A DNA stretch of 37,142 nucleotides from Neoconidiobolus thromboides FSU 785 (taxonomy: Eukaryota > Fungi > Entomophthoromycota), in the NCBI GenBank assembly GCA_025603075.1, contig MU626449.1, positions 1 through 37,142 of the forward strand. The letters run 5' to 3'. The notes beneath the pieces were generated by a model. That model searched no databases, was not told the DNA's origin, and worked only from the letters and a program-made list of their open reading frames with translations. Positions 1 to 13,341 of this stretch are shown piece by piece (positions within the stretch are counted from its first letter, which is position 1; every line of letters starts with the position of its first letter). The translations under genes were made by a program, and so were the position numbers.

Positions 1-613
1 TTCTTCATCTGCAACAAATAAAATATGTACTGTTCTTAGTGGCCCAGCTTTCATTTCGCTCTTAAGCTTCCTTATAGCTTCTATATACATAATGCCAAGG
101 GATTTAACATCTTGAGAACCCCTAGCATAGATGGAATCATAGCCTTCTTTATCTTTGGTTATAGTGGCATTAAAAGGCTCATACGTCCAATGATCCTTCA
201 TAATTAAAAAACAAATCTAAAATGTTAACTAAATTTACTTTTATAACTGGTACTACATCATAGTGAGAGTTCAATACGACCGAAGGTAAGTTTTTATCTG
301 TTCCAGGCCAAGTCAAAACTACAGATGGGGTGCCACTTGGTTGACACTAATATAAAATGTACTTTAGTTAGTTTACTTGGTATAAATAGAAGAGTACCTT
401 AAACTGGGTAAACTTAAGATTGAGCTGGTTGGCTATATTTTCTAAATACTTTACAGTACCATTATAATTTGGATTTGGATGAGAAGTATCAAATTTTAAG
501 AAGTCTATAAAATTCTTAATAGCTAATTGATGGTGCTCAGGCTTATTTTCGAATATTTTTTGAGATGTTATTGTCTGTCCTAGTGATAATAAAACTAAAT
601 TGAGTACTTTCAT
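1..613 (-). CDS. ACY1: Aminoacylase-1-like M20A metallopeptidase, 5' part (runs off the window start), with a hydrophobic signal-peptide-like N-terminus
   Basis: Exons 613-398, 346-239 and 195-<1, joined by GT-AG introns 347-397 and 196-238. Spliced product contains [56 protein letters not shown] and RTVHILFVADEE, which match ACY1 motifs. Confidence 0.9.
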
Positions 614-1259
614 TTTCTAAAATTTGAAAAAATGATTTTTTGATTTTTATAAAAGCATCGATTGTGCATTTATACTTGAAATTCCAAATTGAGCATGTGA
701 CCACATCATAATGAATAAGAATAAACACTTTTCGATTATTAAATTGTAAAAGACAAAAAAGTAAAATATTTCGCGAATGCTAGGATTAACTTATTGATTT
801 GAAATATATTTTTTTACACAAAATATACTTGATTTGGTTCTCATTATATTGACGCTACTTTTTACTCTAGTGTAAGTAGCTAAAAAAGGACAAATGATTG
901 TTTGATTTGATTTATAAGAGAGACTAAATAATAAATAAATTAAAATTAAAATTTTTGTGATGTAAGTAGCTAAATATGTTCATAAGATTATCTGAATTAT
1001 TAGTACAAAAGAATTAAATATTTTTGAATGTAGTAAAGCCGAAAATTCCGGCCATTAAATTATCATTATACATTAGTTCAACAATAAAAGAAATCCGAGA
1101 TCAAAACTAGCTCAAAAACATAAATTTGGGCTTTTGAAATAGTCCAAAAATATGGGAAAATTTGGTTTAAGCATTACAGTCATATTTTTAGCTTTGACAA
1201 CTTGAGATTTGTTCATACATTAAGTTTTTTCTAGAAAATGTTTGCCAAAAACAGCATTT

Positions 1260-1358
1260 GAGAGTGTTTTTTTTGGCTTCATCACTTTTTTCATTCTTTA
1301 GGCGCTATTTGTGCGGAAAATTTGTTAGTAGAATTCTTAAACACGAAAAAATATCCCC
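1260..1358 (+). mobile_element. MITE copy (orientation convention: + = GGGGATGTTTTTTTGGCTTCATT...ATACATCCCC)
   Basis: Matches family consensus; TSD ATTT/ATTT. Confidence 0.9.
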
Positions 1359-1931
1359 ATTTGTTGAATTGACTTATCGAGTTTAAATGATTCAATAGAA
1401 TAAGATCAGATTGTTGGTGATACCAGGAAGTGGACGGATCAAATGGACCCCCCCTCTTCAATTTTAACTTGAAATGATAAACAGTTGAAAAAAAACCCCC
1501 GCATTTAGAAGATGGTTGAAAAATCGTATTTGCTGTAATAGGATTTTGTGATTTTGCTTATAAATTACGAGCAGATGATCGCTATAACAAAATATTCTTC
1601 ATAAAATAATAAAATATTCTAAGCAATACCCCATTTTTATGATAATTTGTACTTTTCAACCATTTGATTATTCTGTAAAAATTATAAAAGTATTGATTGA
1701 ATTATATATTATGAGCAAATGCGCCTTAAATTTAAACATTTATGGTAAAAAACTTTTTTGTAACCTTGAATGATACCAAACAAAGCTACAAGTTATATGA
1801 GAATGCTATGTATGATAAAATCAAAGGTATAAAAAATATTAAGTTTTAAATTCGTGTCAATATATTTAGCTAATAAAGTTTAAAAAGAATAAGCTTACTG
1901 ATAACATTTATAATAAATAGAAAATTGCTGC

Positions 1932-2800
1932 TTATTCATTATTGCCAATTTTCACATACCCATTTGAGTTATCTTCAGTAGAAATAAAAAGACTTTCAAA
2001 CCCTTGAGTTGTTTCACATTGGATACTCTTATGATCATTTTTTCCACAATGGATACATTTAACCTCAGGTGGTTCATATATACAAATGGCTAAAGGAAGA
2101 TCTTTGCCAACTAAAAATTTATTTGGTATAAGGAATACTACTGCACCATCAGTGTAATAAATTTTCTCATTATCTAATTCTTGAGTACATAATATAACTT
2201 TTCCATAGATGCTAAATCTAGCTTTCAACTTTTACTCTAATTCTTTTCGAATAAACTGATCTCCAAAGTTTAATATAGTTAAACGCATAATAATTTCTGA
2301 AATATCCCATGCTTTATAAGTTTCAACTTTATATCCATTGACTTCCCATTCCTGATTTAAAGCAGATTCTCTATCTTCTTCACTTTTAAATCCAATTTCA
2401 AGCTTACTTTTTCTTTTGATCTTAATCATTAGATGATATTTAAGCTTTTCGATTACTAATTTAGCATAGTTATTCATACTATGCTCTTGAAAACCAATAG
2501 TTGATAAATCCATCATTATTGCGCGTTGAAGCGTTGAAGCATTGCTCTATAAATACCATATATCTCATCTAAAGTACTTAAATTAACAGCATTTGAAGGA
2601 AATGGGGATGTCAATGGAGTTGCAAATGTAGATTTAAATTCAAATACTGGTTTAAGTGGTGTTGAAGAGCTAGGACTATGCCCAAATATAGATTGGGGTC
2701 CAGGCCCAAATATATAGGAAGGCCGCTTACCTTTGTTAATAAAACTCGTACCAATTTTTACTTTATCCAAAATATAATATTTCTTTATTAAAATATACAA
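1932..2800 (-). pseudogene. Non-LTR retrotransposon ORF1 (gag)-like pseudogene with CCHC knuckle, copy A
   Basis: Three track ORFs (2516-2800, 2232-2516, 1932-2228) join across one frameshift and one in-frame TAA. Contains LEIGFKSEEDRESALNQEWEVNGY, MRLTILNFG, FSIYGKV and CIHCGKNDHKSIQC (CX2CX4HX4C). Confidence 0.8.
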
Positions 2801-2941
2801 AAGAACTTGATCTTAAAGTTAGCTCTTTGGGGTTATTGTACCAATTAACCAATCAAGTATCATAATTTAATATGGAGCATAAGAACAAAATAAAGGAGTG
2901 AGATCACAGTAAAAATAAAGACAGCTAAAAATTCATATTAT

Positions 2942-3041
2942 GGGGGTGTGTTTTTGTATTTGTGAATTTTACTAACAATTTTTCCACTCAAATAGCGCTT
3001 AGAAGACAGAAGAAAGTAATGAAGCCAAAAAAAGCAGCCCC
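2942..3041 (-). mobile_element. MITE copy
   Basis: Consensus match; flanks TTAT/ATAT. Shares the diagnostic CACAAATAC variant with the copy at 18511. Confidence 0.9.
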
Positions 3042-3241
3042 ATATATAATATTTAGAGTCAAAAAAGTTTGTGAAAACAATAAATGAAAACTCTTTTAAT
3101 AAAATACTTATTTCAAAGAAAGCCGTTTGCTTCAACGATAGAGAATGGTTAGTTTTTCAAAGGATAAAGCACTGACGTAACAGTATTTGGTTATTGGTAG
3201 TAAAACTAAACACCAATCATTAGACAGGTAAAAAATCATAT

Positions 3242-3338
3242 GGGGATGTTTTTTTTGGCTTCATTGTTTTTCCCATCTTTAGGCATTATTTAAGCGAAAA
3301 ATTGTTAGCAAAATTCTTAAACACAAAAATACATCCCC
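3242..3338 (+). mobile_element. MITE copy
   Basis: Perfect GGGGATGT/ACATCCCC ends; TSD ATAT. Confidence 0.92.
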
Positions 3339-3761
3339 ATATATTAACTAAAAGCGACCATTAATATAAAACTTAAGAGTTACACGTTATATTGTTTTGA
3401 TATTTCTGTAGTGTACATTGCTCTAGCATGTATTATTTATGCCAACATAGGATATTTATGTAATTGAACTCTAGATATAATTTGTTATTTTGCTACTTTG
3501 TTATCAAGGCTATATTTTTCTCTGATTCAACTAAGACTATTTTAATCGGTTGATTCTTAATAGTTTCACTTTATTTTTAAAAGGAATGCTAACTTGGATG
3601 CTGCTTTATACAAGGAAGACAAAATACAACAGCTCTTTATTTCTTTTTGAGTTACATACCTAAGGGAGTACTTGTTAAAAATTCATGAAATTTACTCTAA
3701 AAAGGTAACAACATTGGAAGTGATATAACATCCAGATCAAATAACCTTTTGCTAATGTTTT

Positions 3762-4161
3762 TGTGAAATCTGGTACTCAGGGTTTGGAGTCAAGAACAGC
3801 TATTGCTGGGTTGACTACACTATAAGTCGAAAGGTCTTAGTTTATGTAACTAAGATAGACTTGAATTATGAGGAATAGCACGTAATAGGTTACAAGCTAT
3901 ATAAGACAAATAGAATAGACAATACTAATGTAAAATCTATGTAAAATAATATTAAGAAAACTTAGTGGCTTTATTAAATGTTGGAGATATCAGGGATTAA
4001 TTCAGTTAAAAAGCCTCGAACTATTATACTCTGTAAACTCTTTTATACTCTGAAAAGTATAAGTATCAAAATGAGAAGATAATATTCTTTTGGGTGGAAC
4101 TAGAAATTCTCATAACAAATCAAAATAATTAACCATGGGACTGACGAAGCGATATTTCACA
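3762..4161. mobile_element. Solo-LTR-like repeat, copy 1 (400 bp)
   Basis: TG...CA termini with an 8-bp inverted repeat TGTGAAAT...ATTTCACA, flanked by GTTTT on both sides. Aligns end to end with 33380-33845. Confidence 0.75.
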
Positions 4162-4531
4162 GTTTTCTCATCAATTTTAAAAGTGTATAATCTAATGCGA
4201 AGGAGTAAAAATTCACAAGGTAAAATGGATTTCTAACTGGTAAAGAACACCTAAATAAGCAACAGGCCTGATACAACTTTTTATTAAAGTCATAAAATAT
4301 GGTAGTTTTATTGTATATCTAAGTTTCAATACTTAAAATACATGGTTATTATCAAAATACACAAGGTCATAAATCATAAGCTAAATTAGTTAAATCAAAG
4401 CTAGGCCATATGTGAAAAAGGCATCTAAGCAGCTAAACACATTAAATGATATTCAAAATAAAATAACAAATAAAAAGCAAAATATAACGTAATATCATAA
4501 AGCATGGACTTTAAATGATAATTATATATAT

Positions 4532-4627
4532 GGGGATGTGTTTTTTTGTTTAAGAATTTTATTACAATCTTTTCACTCAAATAGTGCTTAAAAAATGTAA
4601 AGGTAATGAAATCAAAAAAACATCCTC
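4532..4627 (-). mobile_element. MITE copy
   Basis: Consensus match; TSD ATAT. Confidence 0.9.
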
Positions 4628-4946
4628 ATATAATACTTCGGCTTATGTAAAATATGTAGTATTCATTTTTGGTTATGCTTAATAAAAATCTTGTCGCCGC
4701 TAAATAAGATATTAACACTTAGTTTAGTTTAGTTTAGTATAAAGCTTAAAATAAAATATACATTAAACTAAAGGTACCGATCTATATATTTTCAAAATCT
4801 GGTATTTATTAAAAATCAGATAAAGAACAACTTTGGTTTTGTTTATTACATATGATTTTAATATGTATTTATTGCTAAATTTTTTTTTTCAATACTAACA
4901 TAAATAGTAAAAATTAAGTAAAATTACAAAACTCAAATCACTAAAT

Positions 4947-5042
4947 GGGGATGTTTTTTTTGGTTTCATTATTTTTCCATTTCTTAAGCGCTATCTGAGT
5001 GGAAAATTTGTTAGTAAAATTCTTAAACACAAATACATCCTC
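4947..5042 (+). mobile_element. MITE copy
   Basis: Consensus match; flanks AAAT/ATTT (no perfect TSD). Confidence 0.9.
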
Positions 5043-5689
5043 ATTTGTTTAAAATTAAATTAACCAATCAAGTATATAAATGTGATATAAAATATTAAAA
5101 GAAAGATTAACCATAAATAAAAGAAATGGTATTCGAAAAGTTAAATTATATTACTTAAAAAGAATACCAATAAAACACTATATTTAGTATTGCATGTCCA
5201 GTCTAAAATAATGAACAAAGTATAATTTTTCAAAGGATAGAATATCAACTCATTTTTGCTTAATCAATAATATCAAAATTAAACCATAGTATTTTGCATA
5301 ATTATTGTATTTTCTTTATAAGCGATTTTTGCAAAAATATTCCATTTTTTAAAGAATCTGTTTAAAAAAAAACTAATTCTATAAATTATACAGCAGTTTC
5401 TGTTATATTGCTGTAGTACAAACAATAAACAAGGTTTCAATTTATATGTTTATACTAAACAAATGTTATTTTTTAATGAATCGAGGTGTACCGAATGGAT
5501 TTATAAATAGTTACTAAAAAGAGTATATCGAATATAAATAGAATAAAAAAATGAAAAATATTAACATTTAGTATCAAATTTAATACAATCTTAAAATAAA
5601 AAGATTAAAGAGAACTTTCAATAAAATAAACGTGATACAGAGTATTGTTCATTATTTTTTCATCCATTTTAAATACTATTCAAATTATG

Positions 5690-6320
5690 TCTAAATAAAT
5701 AAGTTTTCAAAGCCTTGAATTATTTCATATTGATCACCTCTATCAGCAGTACTTTCACAATGAATACATTTCCTTTGAACTGGTTCATACGCACAGGTAG
5801 CTAATCGAAGATTTTTGCTACTCAAAAGCTTAATTAGTATTACTAATTTATCAGATAATACATCATCCTTTGAAATAAGAAAAACTACTACATCATTACA
5901 ATGAAACTTATGAGTATAATTTAATGAGTGAATACAAGAAATTGTTCTTTCCTAAACATTAAATCTGTTTGTTAACTTCTCTTCTAATACTTTGCTATCA
6001 ATTTCATCTCCGAAAACCGATATAGCTAGGCACAAAGCAGTATCTTTGCGATATCATAATATGTATGTTTTTACTTCATGTTATTAAACTGACATTTCTG
6101 TTTAATACAAATTTTCGATTTTGCTCGCATTCGAGCCCAGTTTTGGATTTTCTTCTTACAATTTCACCTATTAAACAATGCCTTAAAACGAGTAGCTAAG
6201 TAGTCAGTACATTCATCGAAATCATGCGTTTCAATCCTCCTACTAGATACTTTATGATGATTAAAATAAGCCTTGCTAAAATACGTAATTACTCCGTATC
6301 GAAAGGATAATTTGTCAATG
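5690..6320 (-). pseudogene. ORF1-like pseudogene, copy B
   Basis: Manual translation gives SFRYGVITYFSK...FGDEIDSKVLEEKLTNRFNV*...NDVVVFLISKDDVLSDKLVI...LATCAYEPVQRKCIHCESTAD...IIQGFENLFI. Several stops and frameshifts; boundaries approximate. Confidence 0.75.
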
Positions 6321-6402
6321 TTATAACTCTAACCTATAGTAACTAAAATTTTAGAATGCGAAGTACATTTAAGTTTTAATTACTATTATCTTTGCTACTA
6401 AT

Positions 6403-6502
6403 GGGGATATTTTTTTTGGCTTTATCGCTTTTTCTATTCTTTAAGCGCTATTTGAGCGGAAAATTTGGTAGCAAAAATTCTTAAATGCAAAAATACATCC
6501 CC
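6403..6502 (+). mobile_element. MITE copy
   Basis: Consensus match; flanks TAAT/ATAT. Confidence 0.9.
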
Positions 6503-6824
6503 ATATACTAGTTGTGCTTACTAAATTTCTGTAGAGCAAAATCAAATTATAACGATATTGCTTGCCAAATTAGCCCTGGCTAAGTAAAAATTATTCTTCA
6601 ATGATCAAAAGGGATCAAAGATTATAATTCAATCGAGCATGATTTTTTGAGATTTCTGGTACTCAAAGAGTTAATAAAAAGTAGAGAAACGCAATAGAAT
6701 AATAGTGCGATCTAAGTAGGAATACAAGACACTAATAAAATAAATATATTTAATAATGAAAAGCAAGAATTTTTTTGAATTATTATAAGTATAGATTTGA
6801 AATACAAAATAAATCATAATATTT

Positions 6825-6921
6825 GGGGATGTATCTGTATTTAAGAATTTTACTAACAATTTTTCCACTCAAATAGCACTTAAAAGATGGAAAAAGTAAT
6901 GAAGCCAAAAAAAACATCCCC
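6825..6921 (-). mobile_element. MITE copy
   Basis: Perfect terminal repeats; flanks ATTT/ATCA. Confidence 0.9.
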
Positions 6922-7009
6922 ATCATTTGTTATATTCTAATGTATTTATTTATAATGCTTTAAAATCAATAAGCCTGTTATAAATATCTTATAAAATACT
7001 ATTTATTAT

Positions 7010-7775
7010 TTATTCTTCTTTCTCAACTCTCGAATTATTATTTGAACTGTTTACTGGGGGTTCGAATAATATTTGGTGATCATCAACTGTCTTGCCTCGA
7101 CTACTCATGTCCCTTCGACTTTTGGAATGAATACATTCAATCTCAACTAGTTTATGATTGTAAAGACTAGCTGCAAGATCTTTGTGTATTAAAGATCTAC
7201 TTGATACTACTAGCTTACTATATAGTACATCACCATTTAATGTGATAAATATATTTACATCATTCCTATGAAAACCACTGCAGCTATCTATAGTGAATAT
7301 GAGAGACACTCTTCCCATAAAGATTAAATCTAGCTTTTATATTTCCTTTAATTCATCACCAACGACATCATCTTCAGAAACTAACAGTGATGAATTCAAA
7401 ACAGGATCTAGATAGTACCATAATACATCTGCTTGTGCTTCATATCCCTTAAACTCTCATTTTATTTTCAAAGTATGGGAGTGTTTTTTTAACTTCATTA
7501 TTTTTTCCATTTTTTAAGCCCTATTTAAGCGGAAAATTTGTTAGTAAAATTCTTAAACATAAAAATACATCCCCGTATATTATTTACTTTATCCATCTTT
7601 AAGCTCAATTTCGAATGTTTGTTCTTTACGTATACCCATCAGACAATAGACTAGTTTTTTGATAATGAGTTCACTACATTCTCTCATATTACGTACTTCA
7701 AAGTTTTTATCAGGTGCTATACAACTTCTAAAATTAAGCTTAGACAAACTCAGTCTTATCTCATATAGATAAAAT
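7010..7775 (-). pseudogene. ORF1-like pseudogene, copy C, interrupted by a MITE at 7477-7574
   Basis: Track ORF 7010-7318 (LYSKLVV..KDL...ECIHS) plus upstream segments MRECSELIIKKLVYCLMGIRKEQTFEIELK and EFKGY...VVGDELKE. Removing the MITE plus one GTAT copy makes the flanking frames collinear. Confidence 0.75.
7477..7574 (+). mobile_element. MITE copy inserted in ORF1-like copy C
   Basis: TSD GTAT at 7473-7476 and 7575-7578. Confidence 0.92.
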
Positions 7776-8363
7776 GATATAAAATGTTCCTCGATCCTAC
7801 CATATTTAATAAATCTTAGAATTTAAAAATTATTTAAATATACTATTTACATCTTTTACTACTAATCATTTTAGCTTTAAACTTATTTTCTATTAACATA
7901 TCTTCTATAATTTCAGCTATAGACAAACATTTTTTTAATTTACTTTAGTACACTATTTATATTAAATCAATTTAGTAAATATTTGATTTCAGCTTAAATT
8001 GTTTTTTGATCACATATTAGATAAATAATGCTATCACGTTTTTTACTGTTTCAGTCTTTTAGCCATTTTTATGTTAGCTAAATAATGAAATTTTATTAGT
8101 CAATTTTATTAAACTGTGAATTTTGCTGTATATTCCAACTTATAGAAATACCAACATGATAATCTTTAGAAAAAAATACTATAGCATACGATAAACTCTA
8201 ACTATAAGATGAATTGTAAATTTAAATGGGATTTAATATAATAAAAGCTCAATATCACAAGATTGAAACGTTAAGTTATAACAAGTTAATATAATTTAGC
8301 GTATTTATTTATAATAATTTAAAATCAACAAGCTTTCTAAGGAAGATATAAAGTATTATCCTT

Positions 8364-9162
8364 CATTTGTCCTTCCTTTTAAACTTTCTCATAGCTGTCT
8401 AAATTGATATCTGTAAGCTCAAATAGCTTCTTTAAGCTATCAACTGTTTCACAGTGATTACTGTTGTGCGTATTACTTTTACAATGAATACATTTAACTT
8501 CAGCTGGTTCATAGCTACTTGTAGCTATTGGAAGATCCTTTCTAACTAAAAATTTATTTGGTATTATCAATTTACCAGCTAATACATTATTGTTTGGAAT
8601 AATGAAAACCACTACGTCGTATAAATAAAATTCATTATCAGTATCTAATAAATGAGTACACGAGATTTTTCCATAAATACTAAAACTAACTTTTAATTTC
8701 TCTTCCAATTCCTTACCAACAATATCACCTCCGAAATTAGAAACTATTAAACGCATAACAATTTCAGAATGATACCATAATCAGTACGTTTTAATTTTGT
8801 ACCCACGAAATTCCCACTTTTGTTTTAATGCATATTCTCTATCTTGCTCATTTTTAAATCCAATTTCTATTTTTTTTTCCTTTAAATTCTCCCATTGGAC
8901 GATAGTCTATTGTCTCAGTTATCTTTGTAACAAAATCAGAACAACTGATTGCCCCAGTTTCATGATGCCCTACTCCAGTTTGAAATGATGATGCTCCATG
9001 ATCATGAGAGTTAGCTCTAGAAAAATCCATCATAATTGCATATCGAAGGGATGTTCTATGAATGCTGTAATTTTCACCTATATTGTTTAAAAGCTTATTG
9101 GTTGCGGAAAAGTTTGATGAAGGTCCAAAATTGTTACATGATCTATTCATTTTAACTTTCAA
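8364..9162 (-). pseudogene. ORF1-like pseudogene, copy D (best preserved)
   Basis: ORF 8854-9162 (ENYSIHRTSLRYAIMMDFS), a frameshift in an A-run to IEIGFKNEQDREYALKQKWEFRGYKIKTY*, then ORF 8379-8756 with CIHCKSNTHNSNHC. Confidence 0.8.
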
Positions 9163-9535
9163 TCTTGTTTTTATTTATAGCACTATATTTTTAATTATTA
9201 AAGACAAACTTGAAAAAAGCTTAGATCTTAATGAGGAAATGACTTTATATAATTAAAATTATGCGATCGGAAAAATTGCAGCTAACTGGTAAAGGCTTTA
9301 ACACTATCAGTATTATAGTTTGTGAAAGTATAGAGCGGGCTCTCTCTTAGGTCATTTGAGGATCAAAAATCAACTTATCTTTATTTTCAGATTAATCATA
9401 TATACTATGTTTATCTTAGCTGTTTAAACTTTGACTAGACTTTTTAATAAATAACTTAATTTACAATCACAATACTTAAATGCTATGAAGTCCGACTATA
9501 TCAAAATTTATTTCATTATAAGTTGGAAGTTAAAT

Positions 9536-10451
9536 TTAATCTCTTAAAGCAGAAAGTCTAGCCCTCATATCATCCCAATCTTCGTCTTGAACTTGTTCTT
9601 GAATAGGTTCTTGGGTATCAGTCTGTAAAAAGATTAATATCATTTTAAAACATAATAAAACAAAGACATACTACCAACTCATTGTTGACTGGTTGTACTT
9701 CACCTAGGGCGCCTTGAAGTTTGATTTAGTTTCAAAATATTAATAGGTTAAAGTTAAAATAAATTTTTTACCTTCCGTTATTTCAAATAAGATTTTATTA
9801 ACTTCTTCTTCAGCTTCAGAATCAATTTCTTCCTCATCCAGCCCATCGATGGTATCTTCAATCATCTCTCCAATAATACCAGTCTAAAAATAGGTTAATC
9901 TTTTGTTTCTTATTTTTAAATCTTAAATTACTTTCATCAACTCTTTAGATAACTCCATCATCGCTTTATTGATCTCTGGTAACTTTACCAAATTATTAAC
10001 TAATTTCATGACCTCAGCACTCTTTTGTAAAGTACCTGACATCTTAGCCATAGCTAGCGTTAAAGTCTTAGCTCATTTTTTTCTCACTACAAAATTTTAA
10101 AAAATCATCCTTACCAGTTTGTTGTTGTAGTTGCATCATAATAGAATTCAATTGAGCTTTTGAAGTATGTAATCTTTGTTTATGCTTTCTAGTACGTACA
10201 AGCTCTTTAGCTAATATTTTACATGATATCATATCTTTTCTTTTAGCTACTTGTTTTATTGCCATTTTAGCTTTTTTTTCTTCACTTTCAATGCCACGTA
10301 TTTGACGATCAATCGTTCTTTCTTGCGTCCTTATTGTGGAGCGCCACTTTCTAAACTAGTTATTTTGTTAGCTGTGTTTGGATAAAATGGAGTCTAATGA
10401 GTTTACTAATTCATCTGGTGTGGGTTGTTTAAAAAATAAATTTTTTATCAT
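9536..10451 (-). CDS. VPS24: ESCRT-III subunit Vps24/CHMP3
   Basis: Six exons, approximately 10451-10407, 10355-10115, 10053-9932, 9883-9772, 9712-9672 and 9622-9536. Product: [29 protein letters not shown]...[10 protein letters not shown]...[12 protein letters not shown]...[18 protein letters not shown]...[19 protein letters not shown]...[14 protein letters not shown]...[10 protein letters not shown]. Start codon slightly uncertain. Confidence 0.92.
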
Positions 10452-10675
10452 TAAAAAAATAAAGTTTCTATTTATTCTTTTTTTTGTCAATTTACAGTTC
10501 TAAAAATTTCACCTTTATCTAAAATTAGATTTAACAATTTGCCATAAACATAAAATAGATAAAAATAAATGTATAAAAATTTATTATATCGAATAACATT
10601 GATTTTGTAAAGAAAATAAAAATTAATTTTTGATTAAGATAAGAATAGTGAGTGTTAAAATTATAACTCTAAATA

Positions 10676-11395
10676 TTAGTCTTTAACGTCATCACAACCA
10701 CATTTCCAAACATCTAAAACCGTTGAGCAATTAAAACTAGGTTTTTTAAGTCGAGCGTTAACGATATTATGAGCTTCACAAGCCCACTGTGAGGCAGATT
10801 CTCTTGAATCAACCTAAGATCTAATTAATACAAATTATAAATAAGAAAAAAGACATTACCTTTGGTGGAAGGGTAGCTAAAACACCTTGGAAATGTCTAG
10901 CACTAAAATAAACAAAAAGTTTGATAAAATAATTTAACTATTTAATAAAATTGATAAAAAAACTTACCAATCCCCACAAGGATATAACCTAGAAAATAGA
11001 TAGATAAATGTCTTTAATGCATCTTGTTCATCTTTGGTTGGCGTTACTGGAAATCTAGCTGCCATTGTATGAATCAGACGCCATGATGATTTACCTAGCT
11101 CAGCTCTAAATATTTCATTTAGTGTCAAATTTAATTTACTAAGATATTACGAATATTCTTACTTGATAGTAGCATTCCCTAATTCGGACATAATAGTATC
11201 TCCTAACTCAGGTTTATTATTACCAAAGAACCAATTTTTACTGTTATCTTCATATTCATTAAGGTATAAAGAAGATACCCTTCGATCCACCTCTTTATTG
11301 ATATTGATTTTATTGCTGACTACCAAATGAACAACTATACTTAAACTTATAATTGATAATAAAACTATGATCAGTAATCGGGAGCAACGTATCAT
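10676..11395 (-). CDS. ERV2: FAD-linked sulfhydryl oxidase of the Erv2 type (membrane-anchored, ER)
   Basis: Exons 11395-11163, 11105-10968, 10902-10860 and 10813-10676. N-terminal TM segment, AELGKSSWRLIHTMAARFP, YPCGDCARHF (CxxC split by an intron), QWACEAHNIVNARLKKP and the C-terminal CGC motif typical of Erv2. Confidence 0.92.
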
Positions 11396-11984
11396 CTTAT
11401 TTTTTTTTAAAATAAATAGTATAAAAGTTGTATGATTTAGACTATATTCTGTATGGTTAAAAGTGGCTTTATATACTCGTACTACTTTGGTTGTAACCAA
11501 TTAGATGTTAGGTAGTTAATTAGTTTTATTTTTAGTTATGCTGGCTTCATAAATATTTATAAATTGAAGTTGATCATTTTTGATGCTGGTTAAAAATAGA
11601 GCTAATAGTTTAATTCTAATACGTTTAATCTTTCAATTATTGGCTATTTAAGGTTAACTTATTCTAAGAATAATTAAAAATAGATTTTATAAAATGTTAT
11701 AGTTATAAAATGGTACTAGTTGAAAGATGATTGATATTATCCAATGTTGCACTAACAAAATAATAAATGGTATCTCTACAATACATAAAATAACTAATGA
11801 CTATCTATCGTTCAAAAGCTTATTCGATTTAATATTCAGTAATAATAAATAATTAATTCTGGGTTATTGAGTTTCCATTCAAAAAACTGTTTAAAATTTA
11901 TGCAATTTGATAAATAAGCATAAAACTAAAAACCAAGCAATTTTCACTTTTAGTTTCTTTATAAAAAACAACAAAGAATAAAAA

Positions 11985-12931
11985 ATGACTACCGCCGCCA
12001 GACCAACCTTTGATCCAGCCAAGGGAAAAGATAGCTCCAACCCAACCGCACAAACTCATTCTCGTGATAATCCATCCCATACTAAGCTTAAATACAGGTA
12101 GTAAAAACCTAAAGACCTTATAATTTAATAACTAATAGATTCAATAGAAAAGAAGGTCAAGAAGAGTATATTAACTTAGATGAAGAAGATTTAAAGAATC
12201 AATTATTAAGTGCAGAAAGAGAGCATTTGATAAAAACCGGTAAAATTGAAGAGGATAAAGAATATACTCATGAACAAAGAGCACTTATTGAACACTTTGA
12301 AAAAAACGAAGTTGCTGAGAAAGAATTAAATGAAAATAGAGAGGATGGGGAAGTGGATGATGAAGAAGATGATGAAGAGGAAGAAGAGCTAGAAGCTGAA
12401 GTTGCTAAAAGAGCGTAAATTTTGATTCATGATTTACAAAATGATAATACTAAATTAATTGTAGTGCTCAAGTAGCTTCTGATGAAGATGAAGAAGAAGA
12501 AGATGAGGAGGAAGATGAAGAAGAAGATACAGAAGCCTTAATGAGAGAACTTGAAAAAATTAAAAAAGAAAGAGCTGAAGCTAGAGAGAGAAAAGTAAGT
12601 AGATTTAAATTAAAATAAATGTTATCGTTAACCATTTTCATAAAGGAAAGAGAAAAAGCAGAAGCAGAAAAATTAAAAGAAGAAGAAATATTAAAAGGAA
12701 ATCCACTTTTAAATATTTCGGAAAATCAAGAGTTTACTGTAAAGAGAAGGTGATTAGTAAATTGATTTAGTTGTTTTTATATTAAAATTTTACTTTTATT
12801 TTAGATGGGATGATGATGTTATTTTTAAAAACCAGGCTAGAGGAGAAGATGATAAACCTAAAAAGCGATTTATTAATGATATGTTAAGATCGGATTTTCA
12901 TCGTAAATTCATGGATAAATATATTCGTTAA
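11985..12931 (+). CDS. CWC15: Pre-mRNA splicing factor Cwc15
   Basis: Starts [14 protein letters not shown]...HTKLKYR, has an acidic middle with [16 protein letters not shown], and ends [13 protein letters not shown]...[21 protein letters not shown]. Several short GT-AG introns. Confidence 0.95.
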
Positions 12932-13341
12932 TTGAGGATTTTAATTTTAAATACGACGGATTATTGTATTTTATATGTTTATAAAAGCATTTGGAACATT
13001 GATTGCTTTTCTTTTGATTATTTGAAGAAATAAATACTTTTTTAGTAGTTTTGAAGGATACAACTTGATAGGCTTTTTATTGTGATATGTTTATTAATTT
13101 TGAATAGGAATTATTTTATCATTTGTCTTAAATAACTTGTATTATAATAAAAATAAGATTTCTCAAATTTGCTATATTTTATTTTATCTTATTTTTAAAT
13201 AATACAAGCAGGATCTCATTTATCAATGTCAATATAAAATAAAAATAAGTTCTATAAATTCCAAATTTGTAAAAAAACATCATCAATTTTTGTTCTGAAA
13301 GAGCAGCCCATTTTACTCTTAAACAACTAAACCTAACTCCA

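Noticed and set aside
2938-3135. Track ORFs 2938-3135, 6671-6868, 25912-26235 and the 3' part of 18335-18643 sharing KRYLSGKIVSKI
   Set aside because: The shared peptide is just a translation of the MITE and not a protein family.
3700-4280. Possible hAT/TTF zinc-finger transposase relic flanking LTR copy 1 (TFC*CF..., G F/S N W *)
   Set aside because: Only two short, frameshifted motif resemblances; not enough without a search.
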